64,000 bases of DNA from the human T2T-CHM13v2.0 reference genome, Homo sapiens. The notes below the pieces were generated by a model, which was given only the letters and a program-made list of their open reading frames with translations, did no database searches and had not been told where the DNA came from. Positions 25,721 to 43,700 of this stretch are shown here, one piece after another. The translations under genes were made by a program, and so were the position numbers. The DNA lies in assembly GCF_009914755.1 (NCBI RefSeq), contig NC_060926.1; one strand, written 5' to 3'. The stretch's first letter is position 1; every line of letters starts with the position of its first letter.

Positions 25721-26876
25721 ATTTGGTAGGACAAAAAGGAAAAAGAGCACCAAGACAGTGTCCTATTCCATTGCAAGGGGTTGGAGGGAGGATTCTGGTA
25801 GCTCAGAAAATAAAAAAGAGCAGGCAAGGTGGTAAAGGGAGGCATCTCTGAAGCAGATCTGAACTGAAAAGACCCGCAGGATGAACCAACGAGAAGGCCA
25901 GTGGTATCTCCCAACACTGTCCCAATTTGAATGTTGTTTAAATGTTGTGCAGGAGATAACTGAGGCAAATAGAAACCGAAACTCTTCTTCTTCTTTGACA
26001 CCCCGCCAGACAAAAAGTACCTTCCTTATTATTCCTGCTCTGACCATGTCTCTTTATGTTGCCTTTCTCATTTGCTCCTTTTCATTTTCTTCAAATAAGC
26101 TCATACTGGGAAGGTAAGCTTTCTCTTTAAGAAACTCAGAAATGATTCTCACAATCCCCAGATGGCTCTTCAAATTGGCTTCTCTTAACCCTAAAGTCTA
26201 CAGTACTTAGACTGGGGATTAAATTGGAAGTGAAACGGTACTTTGAGGGAAATGAGAAAATTATATCAGATGACATCATTAATTGAAACAAAACATAAAT
26301 AACATCTGAGTTTTGTTCATTCAGTAAGTTAAAAAAAAACACGTAAGTGCCTCCTACATGTCAGGAAACAAAAGTAAATATAGTTAAGAATTAAAAAAAA
26401 ATTAGTTGATTTACTACAGAGAACTGACTTAAGGAGAAAAAACAAAAGAACAAGAAATAAACAAGTATTTTTCTGGATAGAGAAGTGAGGTTCCTCACTG
26501 GGGTCTCCCAGTGGGATTTCCCAAAGATTTGTACGGTGTTATTCAATATATGGAATACAACGTACCTAGAAATCTGCCTGCAAAGTCTATTTCAATTTAA
26601 TAAACCTAATTTTCTCACTTATTCTCATTATAAAACAAATGATGCCATATTTCAATCCCTAATGTAACTTTAAAATCCTGCTAACTATATTTCCATAAAA
26701 GAAAAGTGATCATTCCTAGAAAGTATTTGACCACAGAAACATGGTCAAATTTGGTAGGACAAAAAAGAAAAAGAGCACCAAGACAGTGTTCTATTCCATT
26801 GCAAGGGGTTGGAGGGAGGCTTCTGGTAGCTCAGAAAATAAAAAAGAGCAGGCAAGGTGGTAAAGGGAGGCATCTC
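25721..26876. repeat. 128-bp direct duplication (25721-25848 and 26749-26876)
   Basis: 125/128 identical, ungapped, offset 1028 bp. Confidence 0.95.
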
Positions 26877-27348
26877 AAAATAAAACAAGGTCCGAAAGTA
26901 GATTTTGTATTTGTCAGTAGTTTTAAAGATCTAAAGAGTTAAAAGCAGTGGTGAGAAGTAAAGAGAAAGGCAAATCAGATAACACTTTTTTTTGTATATT
27001 ATTTTGTAATTTACAGAAGACTTTTATATGCAACATAATGCATGTAAAATGACAGTATAACTGATACAAAATAAGTATGCAAGTTTTAAAAACAATAGTA
27101 ATAAGGTTAATCTCATGCTCATACTAATTCCCAATCAGAAAGGTAAAGCAATTAATCAAAGGTCTCATAATTAGTGGGAAAGTGGAGACCAAGACAGGTC
27201 TATTAATGACAAATCCTATATACTCCTTCACCACTATTTAGGAACTAATATCCTTAACTCTCACTTCTCAGTTGACTTCCATGCAATATCCCATCTGATT
27301 TTTCTCTCTCCAGCTCTTTTCCTCACTCAAACCAGTCTCCCTCTAAAC

Positions 27349-27590
27349 CAGGGGTCCCCAATGCCCAAGCCACTAACCAGTACCCATCTGTGGCCTGTTA
27401 GCAACCGGGCCACACAGCAGGAAGTAAGCGGTGAGTGGGCAAGCATTACCGCCTGAGCTCTACCCCCTGTCAGATCAGCTGCAGCATTACATTCTCATAG
27501 GAGGTAAACCCTATTGGGAACTGTGCATGTGTTCTCAACTGGGGATGATTTTGGCCACCAGGAGACATGACATCTGGCAACGTCTAGAGA
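27349..27590. mobile_element. MER1-type fragment (27349-27531) fused to a MER20-like fragment
   Basis: caggggtccccaa...ggcctgttagcaaccgggccacacagcagg (MER1), then ttctcaactggggatgattttg...ctggcaacgtctagagaca (MER20). Confidence 0.75.
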
Positions 27591-29616
27591 CACTGCAGCT
27601 GTCACCACCTTTATATATTAGCCATCTTCCCAGAGCCTCTCTTTAAAAGAGTGCTTTTAAATGAGTTGCTGTGGAAGCAAAGATGTTTTCCATGTCTTCA
27701 TTAGGCAGATTTGGAAACTTCCCAAATTTTAATCAATCCTTTTCTCACATAAAGAAAGGGTAATGTGATAAGCTATCCTCTCTCATGTATGACAGCCTGG
27801 TCAGATATCTCAAATGGAGTGGTGGGCAGTGCACAGTCCAGATCAGCAGTCCACAGGAAACCCACCCTGTGTGTCTCTAACCATGTTCAGGGCTATCACT
27901 TTGATGACTAATGCTACTTTTCAAGATTGAAAGTGCCCCATAGCAAGTAATTGAGCTACCTTAGCTTGAAAGAAATATCTTGTTAGAACACCTTCTTGCC
28001 TTTGTTCTCATTCTCTGCTCACCAATCAGCCTTCTTATTTATACTTCAGTCTCTTGAATAACTTATCCGTGAGGTAATGCCCCAAGGAAATGAGCAATGT
28101 CTATAATGCCAAATATATCTCACATAGTAAATTAATAAATTGCCATTCCAGTTAATAAATCAGTCACATCTGAATTTGGCTATTGTTAATGTTGTTAGTA
28201 CAAGAAAATAAATGGAGATAACATAAAAGATAAATAAGTTTAATTAATCAGAAATTTTTTCCCAACTGCATGATACCTTGTTGAAGGTGGGGGGAGGCAT
28301 TTTTAAAAGTTACAGACCTACACAAGTAGCATCATTCTGTTTTACTAGGAAAAAAACAAGAGTAGTATGGGTACATATACGTATAAAGAAATTGTAGAAA
28401 CACAAGAAAATATCAGAAAAAATAAAACCAAAGCTGTTGATAGCAGGCATCTCACAGAGATAAAATTGGAACCCAGAGAGCACAAACTTCAACTTCTTGC
28501 CTTATAAAATTTTTAAAAATTGATATTAGGGATGATTTTTTAAAACTTTTGTGTGTTATTCAGTATTTTTCTATAAAAATTTTCAAAAAAGGGAACGCTT
28601 AAAATATCTGGCCACAAATATACTTCTTATTTTATGGTTTTAAAGAGATGCTAGAAATGTGTTTCTCAAAAGTCGGAATACTGAAAATGCACTAAGAGTT
28701 GTTCCTCACTAAAAGGATCAAATAAGAAACTGAAATGAGTCCCTCGTCTCTGCTATTTAACTTATTAAAAAATTTTAAGACCATTTTGTTCTTATTACAT
28801 TGCCTTGATTACTCATCTATGTCCAATTTCCATATTTACTAAAAAGATTGCCATTAATAATTGTAAAGTATGGTATATACAAATTATGGATTACTATGTA
28901 TCTAGTAAAAATAGGGAGGTAGATATAGATCATTGACAGATGGTCATATATTGTTACGTAAAGAAAGTTAGAGAAAAATATGTATAGAGTGATTCCATTA
29001 TTTTTAAATGTGTGTATACATACACATACACAGATGAGTGTTTGAAAAAAGATATAAGCCAAATTGCTGAACACAGTTACTACTGGAGAAGGGAATGAGT
29101 TTCGGGTAGGCATATAGTTTTTACTATATATCTATTTGTATACTATGCCATTTTATGATTACCAGAAATCATTTTATTATTTTAAATTTAAAAACATTAA
29201 AAGAGGGAATAAAGATCTCCACTAAATCTCTTTTCAGTTCATTTGGTATGAGATCGCACTTTTTAATCTCTTACCTTTAGCTAACAAACTTCAAATTCAT
29301 CAGTAAATTCTGCTGATACTCTTTGTTCCATTTAGCTCAGATCTACCACTTTTAATATACCTCCTTGTCCATTCTCTTTTACTAGGACCACACTCAACCG
29401 TTGCCCTTTACAACTTCCAGTTCTCCTCCATAATCCATACTAATGTGGCATAAATGAAAAAAGAATAAATGAAAAAAGACCATTTCTCAAAGCAGAGTCC
29501 ATGAAATAATAATCTTTGAATAATGTTTCAAGAAAGTAAGCTTGGCAACTTTTCATATAACAGGCCCCTCTCAAAGACTTACAACCATGCTACCTGAGTT
29601 AATTAAAAATACATCA

Positions 29617-29648
<32 letters not shown>

Positions 29649-29809
29649 AATATGCAATGAGATATGCTTCCTCATTTATCAGCATAGAGTATTATGGTGA
29701 GTTTAAGCACAGCAGAAATCTCTTAGAGTGAGTACTGTTAAATTGTTACCATTATGTTTTGTTTAGTTAGAAATATGAAACCCCAAAATCTTTGAGAATA
29801 AAAACGATC

Positions 29810-30345
29810 ACTGAAAGTAAATGTGGTATATATCCTCAATGGAATACTATTCAGCCTTTAAAAAGGGAAATTCTGTCATTTGTGAGAACATGGATGAACC
29901 TGTGGGACATTATGCTAAGGGAAATAAGCTAGGCACAGAAAGACAAATACTGCATGATCTCACTTACATGTGGAATCTAAAAAAGTAAAACTCATAGCAC
30001 TAGAGAGTATGATGGTAGTTACCATGCTAGGGGTAGGGGAAATGGGGAGATACTGGTCAAAAGGTACAAAGTTTTTGTTAGACAGGAGAAATACATTTTA
30101 GAGATCTATAGTACAACACAGTGGCTAAAGTTAATAATAATGTGTTGTATATTTCAAAATGGCTAAAGTATCAGATTTCAAATGTACTCACCACAAAAAA
30201 AAATGGTATGTGAGATGATGGATATGTTAACTAGCTTGATTTAATCATTCCACTATGTATGCCTATAGCAAAACATCACATTGTACCCCATAAATATATG
30301 CAATTATTATTTATCAATTAACAACTTGAATAAAAGTGAAAAAAA
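29810..30345 (+). mobile_element. L1MA (MA6-8-like) 3' end
   Basis: aatgtggtatatat...caatggaatactattcagcc through aacatcacattgtaccccataaatat and A-rich end. Confidence 0.85.
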
Positions 30346-32482
30346 AATCTATCACAAAATATTTGCAGGGAGTTTTACAACTTCTCCTCCCAAATATTTG
30401 ATAACCTCTCTCCTGAAACTTTCAGTCAAGTCAGTGAGGTAGTTAGTAATTAGATGGTCACACAATAAATGTCCAGCTGGAACTGCAATAAGTGTCAAGA
30501 AGTACATGAAATGCAGTTCAATATGGCTGATTAGAGACATCAGATACCCCCCCACTTTCCAGAAAGAAGGACCAAAATTATGAATAGATAATTGCACCTT
30601 GAATAGAAAATCTAGGAGAGAACTAGAGTCTAACAGAGAAGTCATGGGAAACACCTGAGGTACAGAAGGAAAAGAAAGCAAGTGGCCACCTCATCCAAGA
30701 TTGACTGGGACCCTGAGGGGCTTGGTAATGCCAGGAAAGAGTAAGTCACAAAACTTCAGCGGTCCACATCCCCACTATGGACTGCTGCAATCTGAACCAC
30801 AAGAGACCTCCTCTACCCACACAAACCCCGACATTAGCATGGTGTGATTTGGAGACCCTGAGAGGGCACTACACCAGACAGAAAACTTGTACTGGGTCAT
30901 GGACCCTACCCCAGACAGAAAACTTGTACTGGGTCATGGACCCTACCCCTGAGACCTAAGTGGCTGCAGCTGGGCACCATTACACAGCTGTCACAGGACT
31001 GCATCCTGCCCTGAAAACCACAGCCCCCATATATCCACATCCTAACAGCTTCCACTGACATCCCAGTGTCCACTCAGAAGGCTACAGCAATACAGCACTG
31101 GTTGGTCCCAAAGGTGCCATGGGGTCTCCAGTACTTTAGCCTACAGAGAGTACTAATCCTCGGGGAAAGAAGAGTGCAGTGCACCAAAAAGGGAGCCCCC
31201 AGGACAAAGGAAAGCAAAGTGCATGCTTTCCAGAGCCCCAGAGCTCCCTATCTAGGGATGTGAGAAGTGACCGTGCCTCAAGCAGTAGCACAAACTCTGC
31301 TCCTGGGCTCACACATAGAAACCAGGACTCCTTCTTCCTTTCCACACACCACTGCAGGCATAGTCAGTAAGTGAGCTGGAGGGCTGCCTGTCTGGGGCTA
31401 TGAGTGGTGACTGAGTCCCCAACAGTGGAATGGCCTCCATGCCTAGGCTTACATGTGAGAGACAGGGTTCCTCCCCCATTGCTGAGCAGCACTGTGGTGC
31501 TGCTACCTGTCTGGGGCTGTGGGTGGCAACCCCGCACTGCAGCCACAGCCAACACCAGTATGCACCACCCAGGACCGAAAGAGTCATCCCACCACTGCTA
31601 CTGGCATCACCCATACCATGCCAGCTGCCCGGGGACTCATGAACCCACTCACACACCTGGCCCACCACTGCCACTACTAACATTTAAACAAACCATCTGA
31701 AGGTCCAGTAACTGACCTGCCTGGTACTGCTAACACCAGTGCCACTGCACACAGCCCCAGGACCCAAGATCAGGCACACTCAGCCCACCACTACTACCAC
31801 TGGGGCCTGAAGACTAGCCCAACTGGCACCCCTGTCCTCAGCAAAACTTCACCATAGCCCCCACAAATAACCACACCCTAAACCACTGAGGAAATCACAG
31901 ATACCACTGATGCTGTTTCCAGATGAAGAAATCATAGAGAGACTATACTACTGAACACACTCAGAATCAAAGCCAAAACACCCCATCCAACCAAGAGAAT
32001 TGATATAACTTCAGGAAAAAGTCATCCCCTACAAAAACAAATTCAAAAAAACTGGAAGAAACAACTATTACACCAGATGGGCAGCTATCAATGTAAGAGC
32101 ACGGGAAGTATGAAAAAGCAAGGAAATATAAAACCTCCAAAGAAATATAATAATCCCCCAACATCGGATTCCAATCAAAAAGAATTCAAGAATTTCCAGA
32201 AAAAGATTTCAAAAGTATGATACTAAAGAAGCTCAGTAAGATACAAGAGAATCCTGAAAAATAATACTACGAAATAAGAAAAAGAATTCAAGATATGAAC
32301 GAGAAATTTACCAAAGAGAGAAATATAGAAAAGAACCAAAGAGAAATACAGAAACTGAAGAATTCCTTCTATGAAATACAAAATACAGTCAAAAGCATCA
32401 GTAATGAACTAGACCAAGCAGAAGAGACAATCTCAGAACTTGAAGAAGGGACTTTTAAAACATCCCAGTCAGACAAAAATAA

Positions 32483-35306
<2,824 letters not shown>

Positions 35307-35710
35307 GAAAGAAAATGTGGCACATATACACCATGGAATACTATGCAGCCATAAAAAAGGAGGAGTTCATGTCCTTTCCAGGGACATGGATGAAGCTGGA
35401 AACCATCATTCTCAGAGAACTATGACAAGGATGGAAAACCAAACACCGCATGTTCTCACTCATAAGTGGGCATTGAACAATGAACACATGGACACAGGGT
35501 GGGCAACATCCCACACTGAGCCCTGTTTGGGGGTGGGGGACTGAGGGAGGGATAGCATTGGGAGAAATACCTAATATACATGATGAGTTGATGGGTGCAG
35601 CAAACCAACATGGCACATGTATACCTGTGTAACAAACCTACATGTTGTGCACATGTACCCCAGAACTTAACGTATAATAATAAAAAATAAAAATAAAAAA
35701 ATAAAAAAAT
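35307..35710 (+). mobile_element. Second L1PA 3' end (PA7-like) directly behind the first
   Basis: aagaaaatgtggcacatatacaccatgg...ccccagaacttaa + (taaaa)n tail; diagnostic positions differ from the adjacent copy. Confidence 0.9.
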
Positions 35711-36589
35711 AAAGAATGAGCAAAGTCTCTGTGATAAATAGCATACCATAAAGCAACCAAGTACAGGAGTTATCAGTATTCCTGAAGGTGTGGAGATAAT
35801 GAGAAAGTTCAAAAACTTACTTAAAATAATAGATGAAAACTTCCCAAGTCTAGCAAGAGATTTAGACATCCAGACACTGGCGATCCAGTGACCCCAATCA
35901 GATTCAATGCAAAAAGGTCTTCTCCACAGCACATTATAAGCAAACTGTCTAAAGTCATTAACAAAGAGAAAATTCTAAAAACAGCAGCAGAAAATAATCT
36001 AGTCATAAAGGAGCCCCTATCAGACTAACAGCAAACTTCTCAGCAGAAACCTTATGGGCCAGGAGAGAATGAAAAAATATAGTCAAATTGCTGAAAGAAA
36101 AATATAACCACCCAAAGATACTATCAAAATTACCCTTCATAAATGAGAAAGAAATACTTTCACAGACAAGCAAATGCTGAAGCAATTCATCACTACTAGA
36201 CCTGCCTTACAAGAAAGGCTCAAGGGAGTCCTAACCCTGGAAGTGAAAGAATGATTAATTCCCATCATCAAAACACATGAAAATATAAAAATCATTGGTA
36301 ATACAAATACACAAATGAGAAAGAGGAAAGACTCAAATGGTACCACCACAGAAAAACAGCAATCCACAAAGACAGTCAGAAAGGAAAAAAACAAAGGAAC
36401 AAAGACTATACAAAGCAACCTAAAGACAATTAACAATATTAAAGGAACAAAACCTCACATATCAGCAATAAATCTGAATGTAAACAGATTAGATTCTCCA
36501 CTTAAAAAGATATAGACTGTTTGAACAGATTTTTAAAAACCGTGATCCAACAATATTCTGCCTCTAAGAAATGTACTTTACTTGTAAAG

Positions 36590-36630
<41 letters not shown>

Positions 36631-37306
36631 GAAAGTAAAGGGATGGAAAAAGATATTCCACGCAAATGGAAAACAAAACACACCAGGAGTAGTTACATTT
36701 ATATCAGATAAAACAGACTTTAACTCAAAAACAGTAAAAAAATAAAAATAAAAACAAAGGTCATCATACAATGATAAAGGGATCAATCGAGCAAGAGGAT
36801 ATAACAATTCTAAATATATATGCAACCAACACTAGTGCACCCAGATTCATAAAGCAAATATTGCCAGATCTAATGAAAGAGACAGACTCCAACACAATAA
36901 TAGTAGGAGGCATCAACAGTCCACTCTCAGCATTAGCCAGATCATCTAGACAGAAAACCAACAAAGAAATATTGGACTTAAACCAGACTTTAGACCAAAC
37001 CTAACAGACATTTACAGAACATTTTATCCAAAACCTGCAGAATACACATTCTTCTCATCAGTACATGGAACAGTCTCCAGGATTAGACATGTTAGGCCAC
37101 AAAAAAAGTCTCAACAAAAGTTTGAAAATGGAAATCATATCACATATATTCTCAGACAGTGAAATAAAATGAGGAATCACTACCAAGAGAAACTTTAAAG
37201 AGCATACAAATACATGGAAATTAAATAACATACTCCTAAACAACCATTGGATCAATAAAGAAATTCAGATGGAAATTGAAAAATATATCAAAATAAATGC
37301 AAATGG

Positions 37307-37689
<383 letters not shown>

Positions 37690-37906
37690 CTAAGAGGGAA
37701 ATTTATAGCAATAAACACCTGCATCAAAAAAACAGAAAGATTTCAAATAAGCAATCTAATGATAGACCTCAAGGAACAAGAAAAGCAAGAACAAATCAAA
37801 CCCCAAATTAGCAGAGAGAAGAAAATAATAAAGATCAGAGCAAAACTAAACAAAATAGACTAAAAAAAATTACAAAGGATCAATGAAATGAAAAGTTGGT
37901 TCTTCA

Positions 37907-38211
37907 GGCCAGGCACGGTGGCTCACTCTTGTAATCCCAGCACTTTGGGAGGCTGAGGCAGGCGAATCACTTGATGCCTTTAAGCCCAGCCTGGGCAACA
38001 TGGCAAAACCCTGTCTCTACTACAAATACAAAAACTTGCCGAGCTTGGTGGCACATGCCTGTAATCCCAGCTACTAGGGAGGCTGAGGCATGAGAATCAC
38101 TTAAACCTGGGAGGTGGAGGTTGCAGTGAGCCGAGGTTGCAGTGAGCCGAGGTTGCTCCACTGCACTCCAGCCTGGGTGACAGAGTAAGACTCCATCTCA
38201 AAACAAAAAAA
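37907..38211 (+). mobile_element. Alu (J/S-type) with internal short duplication
   Basis: TSD gaaaagttggttcttca; gaggttgcagtgagcc repeated in tandem. Confidence 0.93.
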
Positions 38212-39025
38212 GAAAAGTTGGTTCTTCAAAAAGACAAACAAAATGGATAAACTACTTGCTAGAATAACCAAGAACAAAAGAGAAGACCCAGATAAAATCA
38301 TAAGTGAAAAAGGAAACATTACAACTGATGCCACAGAAATGTAAAAGATCATCAGGGACTAAGAGGTACAATTATATGCTAACGAACTAAAAAATCTAGA
38401 GGAAATGGATAAATTGCTGAATGCATACAACCCACCAAGACTGAATCAGGAAGAAACAGAAAACCTGAGCATACCAATAACAAGACTGAATCAGTATAAA
38501 AAGTCTCCCTATAAAGAAAAGCCAAGGACCAGGTGGATTCCCTGCAGAATTCTACCACATGTATAAAGAAGAACTAAACCTCCTCAAACTATTGAAGAGG
38601 AATGAATTCACCCTAACTCATTCTATGAGTCCAGCATTACCATGATACCGAAACCAGACAAGGATACAACAAAAAAGTAAAACTGCAGGCCAATATCCCT
38701 AAATAAAAATAGATGCAAAAATCGTCAACAAAATACTAACAAACCAAATCCAACAGCACATCAAATGATAATATATCATGATCAAGAAGAATGTATCCCA
38801 GGGGTGCAAGGATGGTTCAACACATGCACATCAATAAACATGATACATCACATCAACAGAATGAAAGACAAAAATTATATGATCATCTCAAAAGATGTAG
38901 AAAAAGCATGTAATAAAATTCAACACTCCTTCATGATAAAAACTCTCAACAAACTAGGCATAGAAAGACCATCCATCATACTGAATAAGGAAAGGTTGAA
39001 AGCTTTTACTCTAAAAACTGGAATA

Positions 39026-39345
<320 letters not shown>

Positions 39346-40804
39346 TCACCATTCCTAATCGACATAGTACTAGAAGTCCTAGACAGAGCAGTCAGGCAAG
39401 AAAAAAAAAAAAAAATCAAAGGCATTCGAATTGGAAAACAGAATTTCAAACTGTCCCTCTTTGCAGATGACATGATTTTATATCTAGAAAAACCAAAAGA
39501 CTCCACCAGAAAACTCTTAGAACTGATAAGCAAATTCAGTTGCAGGATACAAAAATCAACATATAAAAATCAGTAGTACACTGATCAGCATACATGTAAA
39601 AATCAGTATACAACAATAATGAACTAGGCGAGAAAGAAATCAAGAAGACAATCTCATTTACAGTAACTACAAAAAATAAAATACTTAGGAATAAATTTAA
39701 CTAATTTAGTGAAAGATCTCTACAAGAAAAACTGTAAAACACTGACGAAAGAAACTGAAGAGGACACAAACAAGTGAAAAGAAAATACCATGCTCATGGA
39801 TTAAAAGAATTAACATAGTTAAAATGACCATACTATCCAAAGCAATCTACAGATTGAATGTAATACCCATGCCACTTTTCACAGACATAGAAAAAATAAT
39901 CCTAAAATTTGTATGGAACCAAAAAAGAACCCAAACAGCCAAAGCAATCCTGACCAAAAAGAACAAATCTGGAGGCATCACACTACCTGACTTCAAAACA
40001 TATTACAAGGATATAGAAACCAAAACAGCATGATATTCGTATAACAACAGACACATAGATCAATGGAACAGACTAGAGACACAGAGATAAATCCACATAT
40101 TTACAGCCAACTGATCTTCTCCATAGCCCTCAAGAACATACACTGGGGAAAGAAAACCCTCTTCAATAAATGATAACCACTTATTCTTCTATATGTAGAA
40201 GAATGAAACTGGACCCCTATCTCTCACAATATACAGAAGTCAACTCAAGATGGATTAAACCCAAAAGTATAAAACTACTAGAAATAGTAGTAGTTCTAGG
40301 GAAAACTCTTCAGGACATTGGTTTAGGCAAAGATTTTATGGCTAAGACCTCAAAAGCACAGGCAACAAAAACAAAAATAGACAAATGAGAGTATATTAAA
40401 TTTACATGCTTCTGCACAGCAAAAGAAACAATCAACAGAGTGAAGAAACAACCTCTTGTATAGGGGAAAATGTTTGCAAATTACTCATCCAATAGGGGAC
40501 TACTAATACCCAGCACATACAAGGAATTCAGACATCTCAACAGTTAAAAAAAAAACTCATTTAAAAAAATGAGCAAAGTACATGAATAGACATTTCTCAA
40601 AAGACATACATATAGACAAGAGGTATATGACTAACACCACAATGTGATTTCATCTCACCCCAGTTAGAATGGCTATTATTTAAAAGACAAAAAATAACAT
40701 GCTGGCAAGAAAGAAAAGGGAACTCTTATATACTGTTGGTTGGAATGTAAATTAGTACAACCACTATGGAAAATAGTATGGAGATTTATCAAAAACCAAA
40801 AGGA

Positions 40805-41183
<379 letters not shown>

Positions 41184-41832
41184 TCAAAAGGATATCTGCA
41201 CTCACATGTTTATCACAGCACTATTCATAACAGCAAAGATATGGAATCAATCTAAATGCCCATCAACAGATCGATGAATAAAGAAAATGTGGTGTATATA
41301 ACCAATGGAATATTATTCAGCCATAAAAAATAATGAAATCATGCATTTTGTAGCAACATGGATGGAACTGGAGGTCAGTATGTTAAATGAAATAAGCCAG
41401 GCACAGAAAGACAGGTACTACATGTTCTTACTCATATATGGGAGCTAAAAGCTTGACCTCATGGACATAGAGAATAGAAGGCACAGATACCAAAGACTGG
41501 GAATCGGGGGTGGGGGAGAGAGTTCGGTTATGAGTCCAAACATATAGTTAGATAGAAGAAATAAGTTATAATGTTTGATAGCAGAATAGGATGACTATAC
41601 TTAGCAACAATATTATGTATATTTCAAAATAATTAGAAGAGAGAACTTGAAGTAATACCAACATGTAAAAATACTACCCACTCAAGTTAACAGACATCCC
41701 AATTACTCACACTTGATCATTACACATTCTTTGCATGTAAACACTCACATGTACCCCACAAATATGTAAATTATGTATCAATAAAAGAGAAAAAAACAAA
41801 ACAAAAAATACATGAAAATAAAGTAAGTCTCT

Positions 41833-42096
<264 letters not shown>

Positions 42097-42346
42097 ACTA
42101 AGTCTCTTATAAGCAGAAAAAAAGGAAATACATGATGTTCTAAAACCACAAAATAAAGGATAAAGCTTCTCTGGGAAGGCTTCCTTGAGGAAGAGACAAC
42201 TGATAGTCTGGGATCTAAGGTTGAGAATGTGTTACTTCCATGTAAGGGGAAGCAAAGGGCATTTTAGGCAGAGCTAGGAATGGTGCATGCAAAGGCCAGG
42301 TAGCAAGAGATAGTATGTAGAATATAAGGGATTGACAGAAGCCTGG

Positions 42347-42756
42347 TGATATAGTTTGGATATTTGTCCCCACCCAAATCTCATGTTGAAATGTAATCCC
42401 CAGTGTTGGAGGTGGGGCCTGCGGGGAGGTATTTGGGTCACAGAGGCAGATTCCTCATGGTTTGGTGTTATCCTGGCAATAGTGAGACAGTGTTCACTAA
42501 ATTTAGTTGTTTAAATGTGTAGCACCTCCCATCCCTACTCTCTCTTGCTCTAGCTCCTGCCATGTGAGATGCTGGCTTCCCCCTTTGCCTTCCACCATGA
42601 TTGAAAGCTCCCTGAGGCTTCACCAGAAGCCAAGCAGATGCCAGCAACATGCTTCTTGTACAGCCTGCATAACCACGAGCCAATTAAACCCCTTTTCTTT
42701 ATAAACTATCCAGTCTCAAGTATTTCTTTATAGCAATGCAAGAACGGCCTAATACA
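42347..42756. mobile_element. MST-family (MSTB-like) MaLR solo LTR
   Basis: TG...CA termini (tgatatagtttgg ... cggcctaataca) with perfect 5-bp TSD cctgg. Confidence 0.92.
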
Positions 42757-43085
42757 CCTGGTGTAGCTTGGCCAATGAGATTAAAAAAGAGTGCAGTAAG
42801 GGATGAAATTTAAAATGCAGGTAGATTGGGACCAGTTTTGTTGATGTTATAATTTTTAAAATTCAAATTATTGATTCATGTTGGAATATATAATACATTC
42901 ATGTAGCTCCAAAAGAACACAACAGCAGATTATACCAAGGTGTACCATTAAAAGTCTTCTTCTCATCCCTGTATCCCCTTACCCACGTTTCTCTATCCCT
43001 TTTAATCAGTTTCCAGTTTCCCACCTGTCCTCCAAAGTTGTAGAAGGGTTTTAAGCAGAGGAGTAACAAATTTGTTTTTTAAAAA

Positions 43086-43700
43086 GTTCAACCATTGTGG
43101 AAGACAGTGTGGCAATTCCTCAAGGATCTAGAACTAGAAATACCATTTGATCCAGCCATCCCATTACTGGGTGTATATCCAAAGGATTATAAATCATGCT
43201 GCTATAAAGACACATGCACACGTATGTTTACTGCGGCACTATTCACAATAGCAAAGACTTGGAACCAACCCAAATGTCCATCAATGATAGGCTGGATTAA
43301 GAAAATGTGGCACATATACATCATGGAGTACTATGCAGCCATAAAAAAGGATGAGTTCATGTCCTTTGTAGGGACATGGATGAAGCTGGAAACCGTCATT
43401 CTCAGCAAGCTATCACAAGGACAGAAAACCAAACACTGCATATTCTCACTCATAGGTGGGAACTGAACAATGAGAATGCTTGGACACAGGGTGGGGAACA
43501 TCACACACCGGGGCCTGTCATGGGGTCGAGGAGAGGGGAGGGATAGCATTAGGAGATATACCTAATGTAAATGATGAGCTAATGGGCGCAGCACACCAAC
43601 ATGGCACATGTAATACATATGCAACAAACCTGCACGTTGTGCACATGTACCCTAGAACTTAATGTATAATAAAAAATAAATAAATAATTAATTAAATAAA
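43086..43700 (+). mobile_element. L1PA (PA6-like) 3' fragment inserted in L2 sequence
   Basis: 123-aa ORF2 C-terminus (43095-43466), 3' UTR, A-rich tail. Confidence 0.93.

Noticed and set aside
25644-26117. Several overlapping 60-108 aa ORFs near the direct duplication
   Set aside because: No recognisable protein similarity and no phase-compatible WDPCP exon identified.
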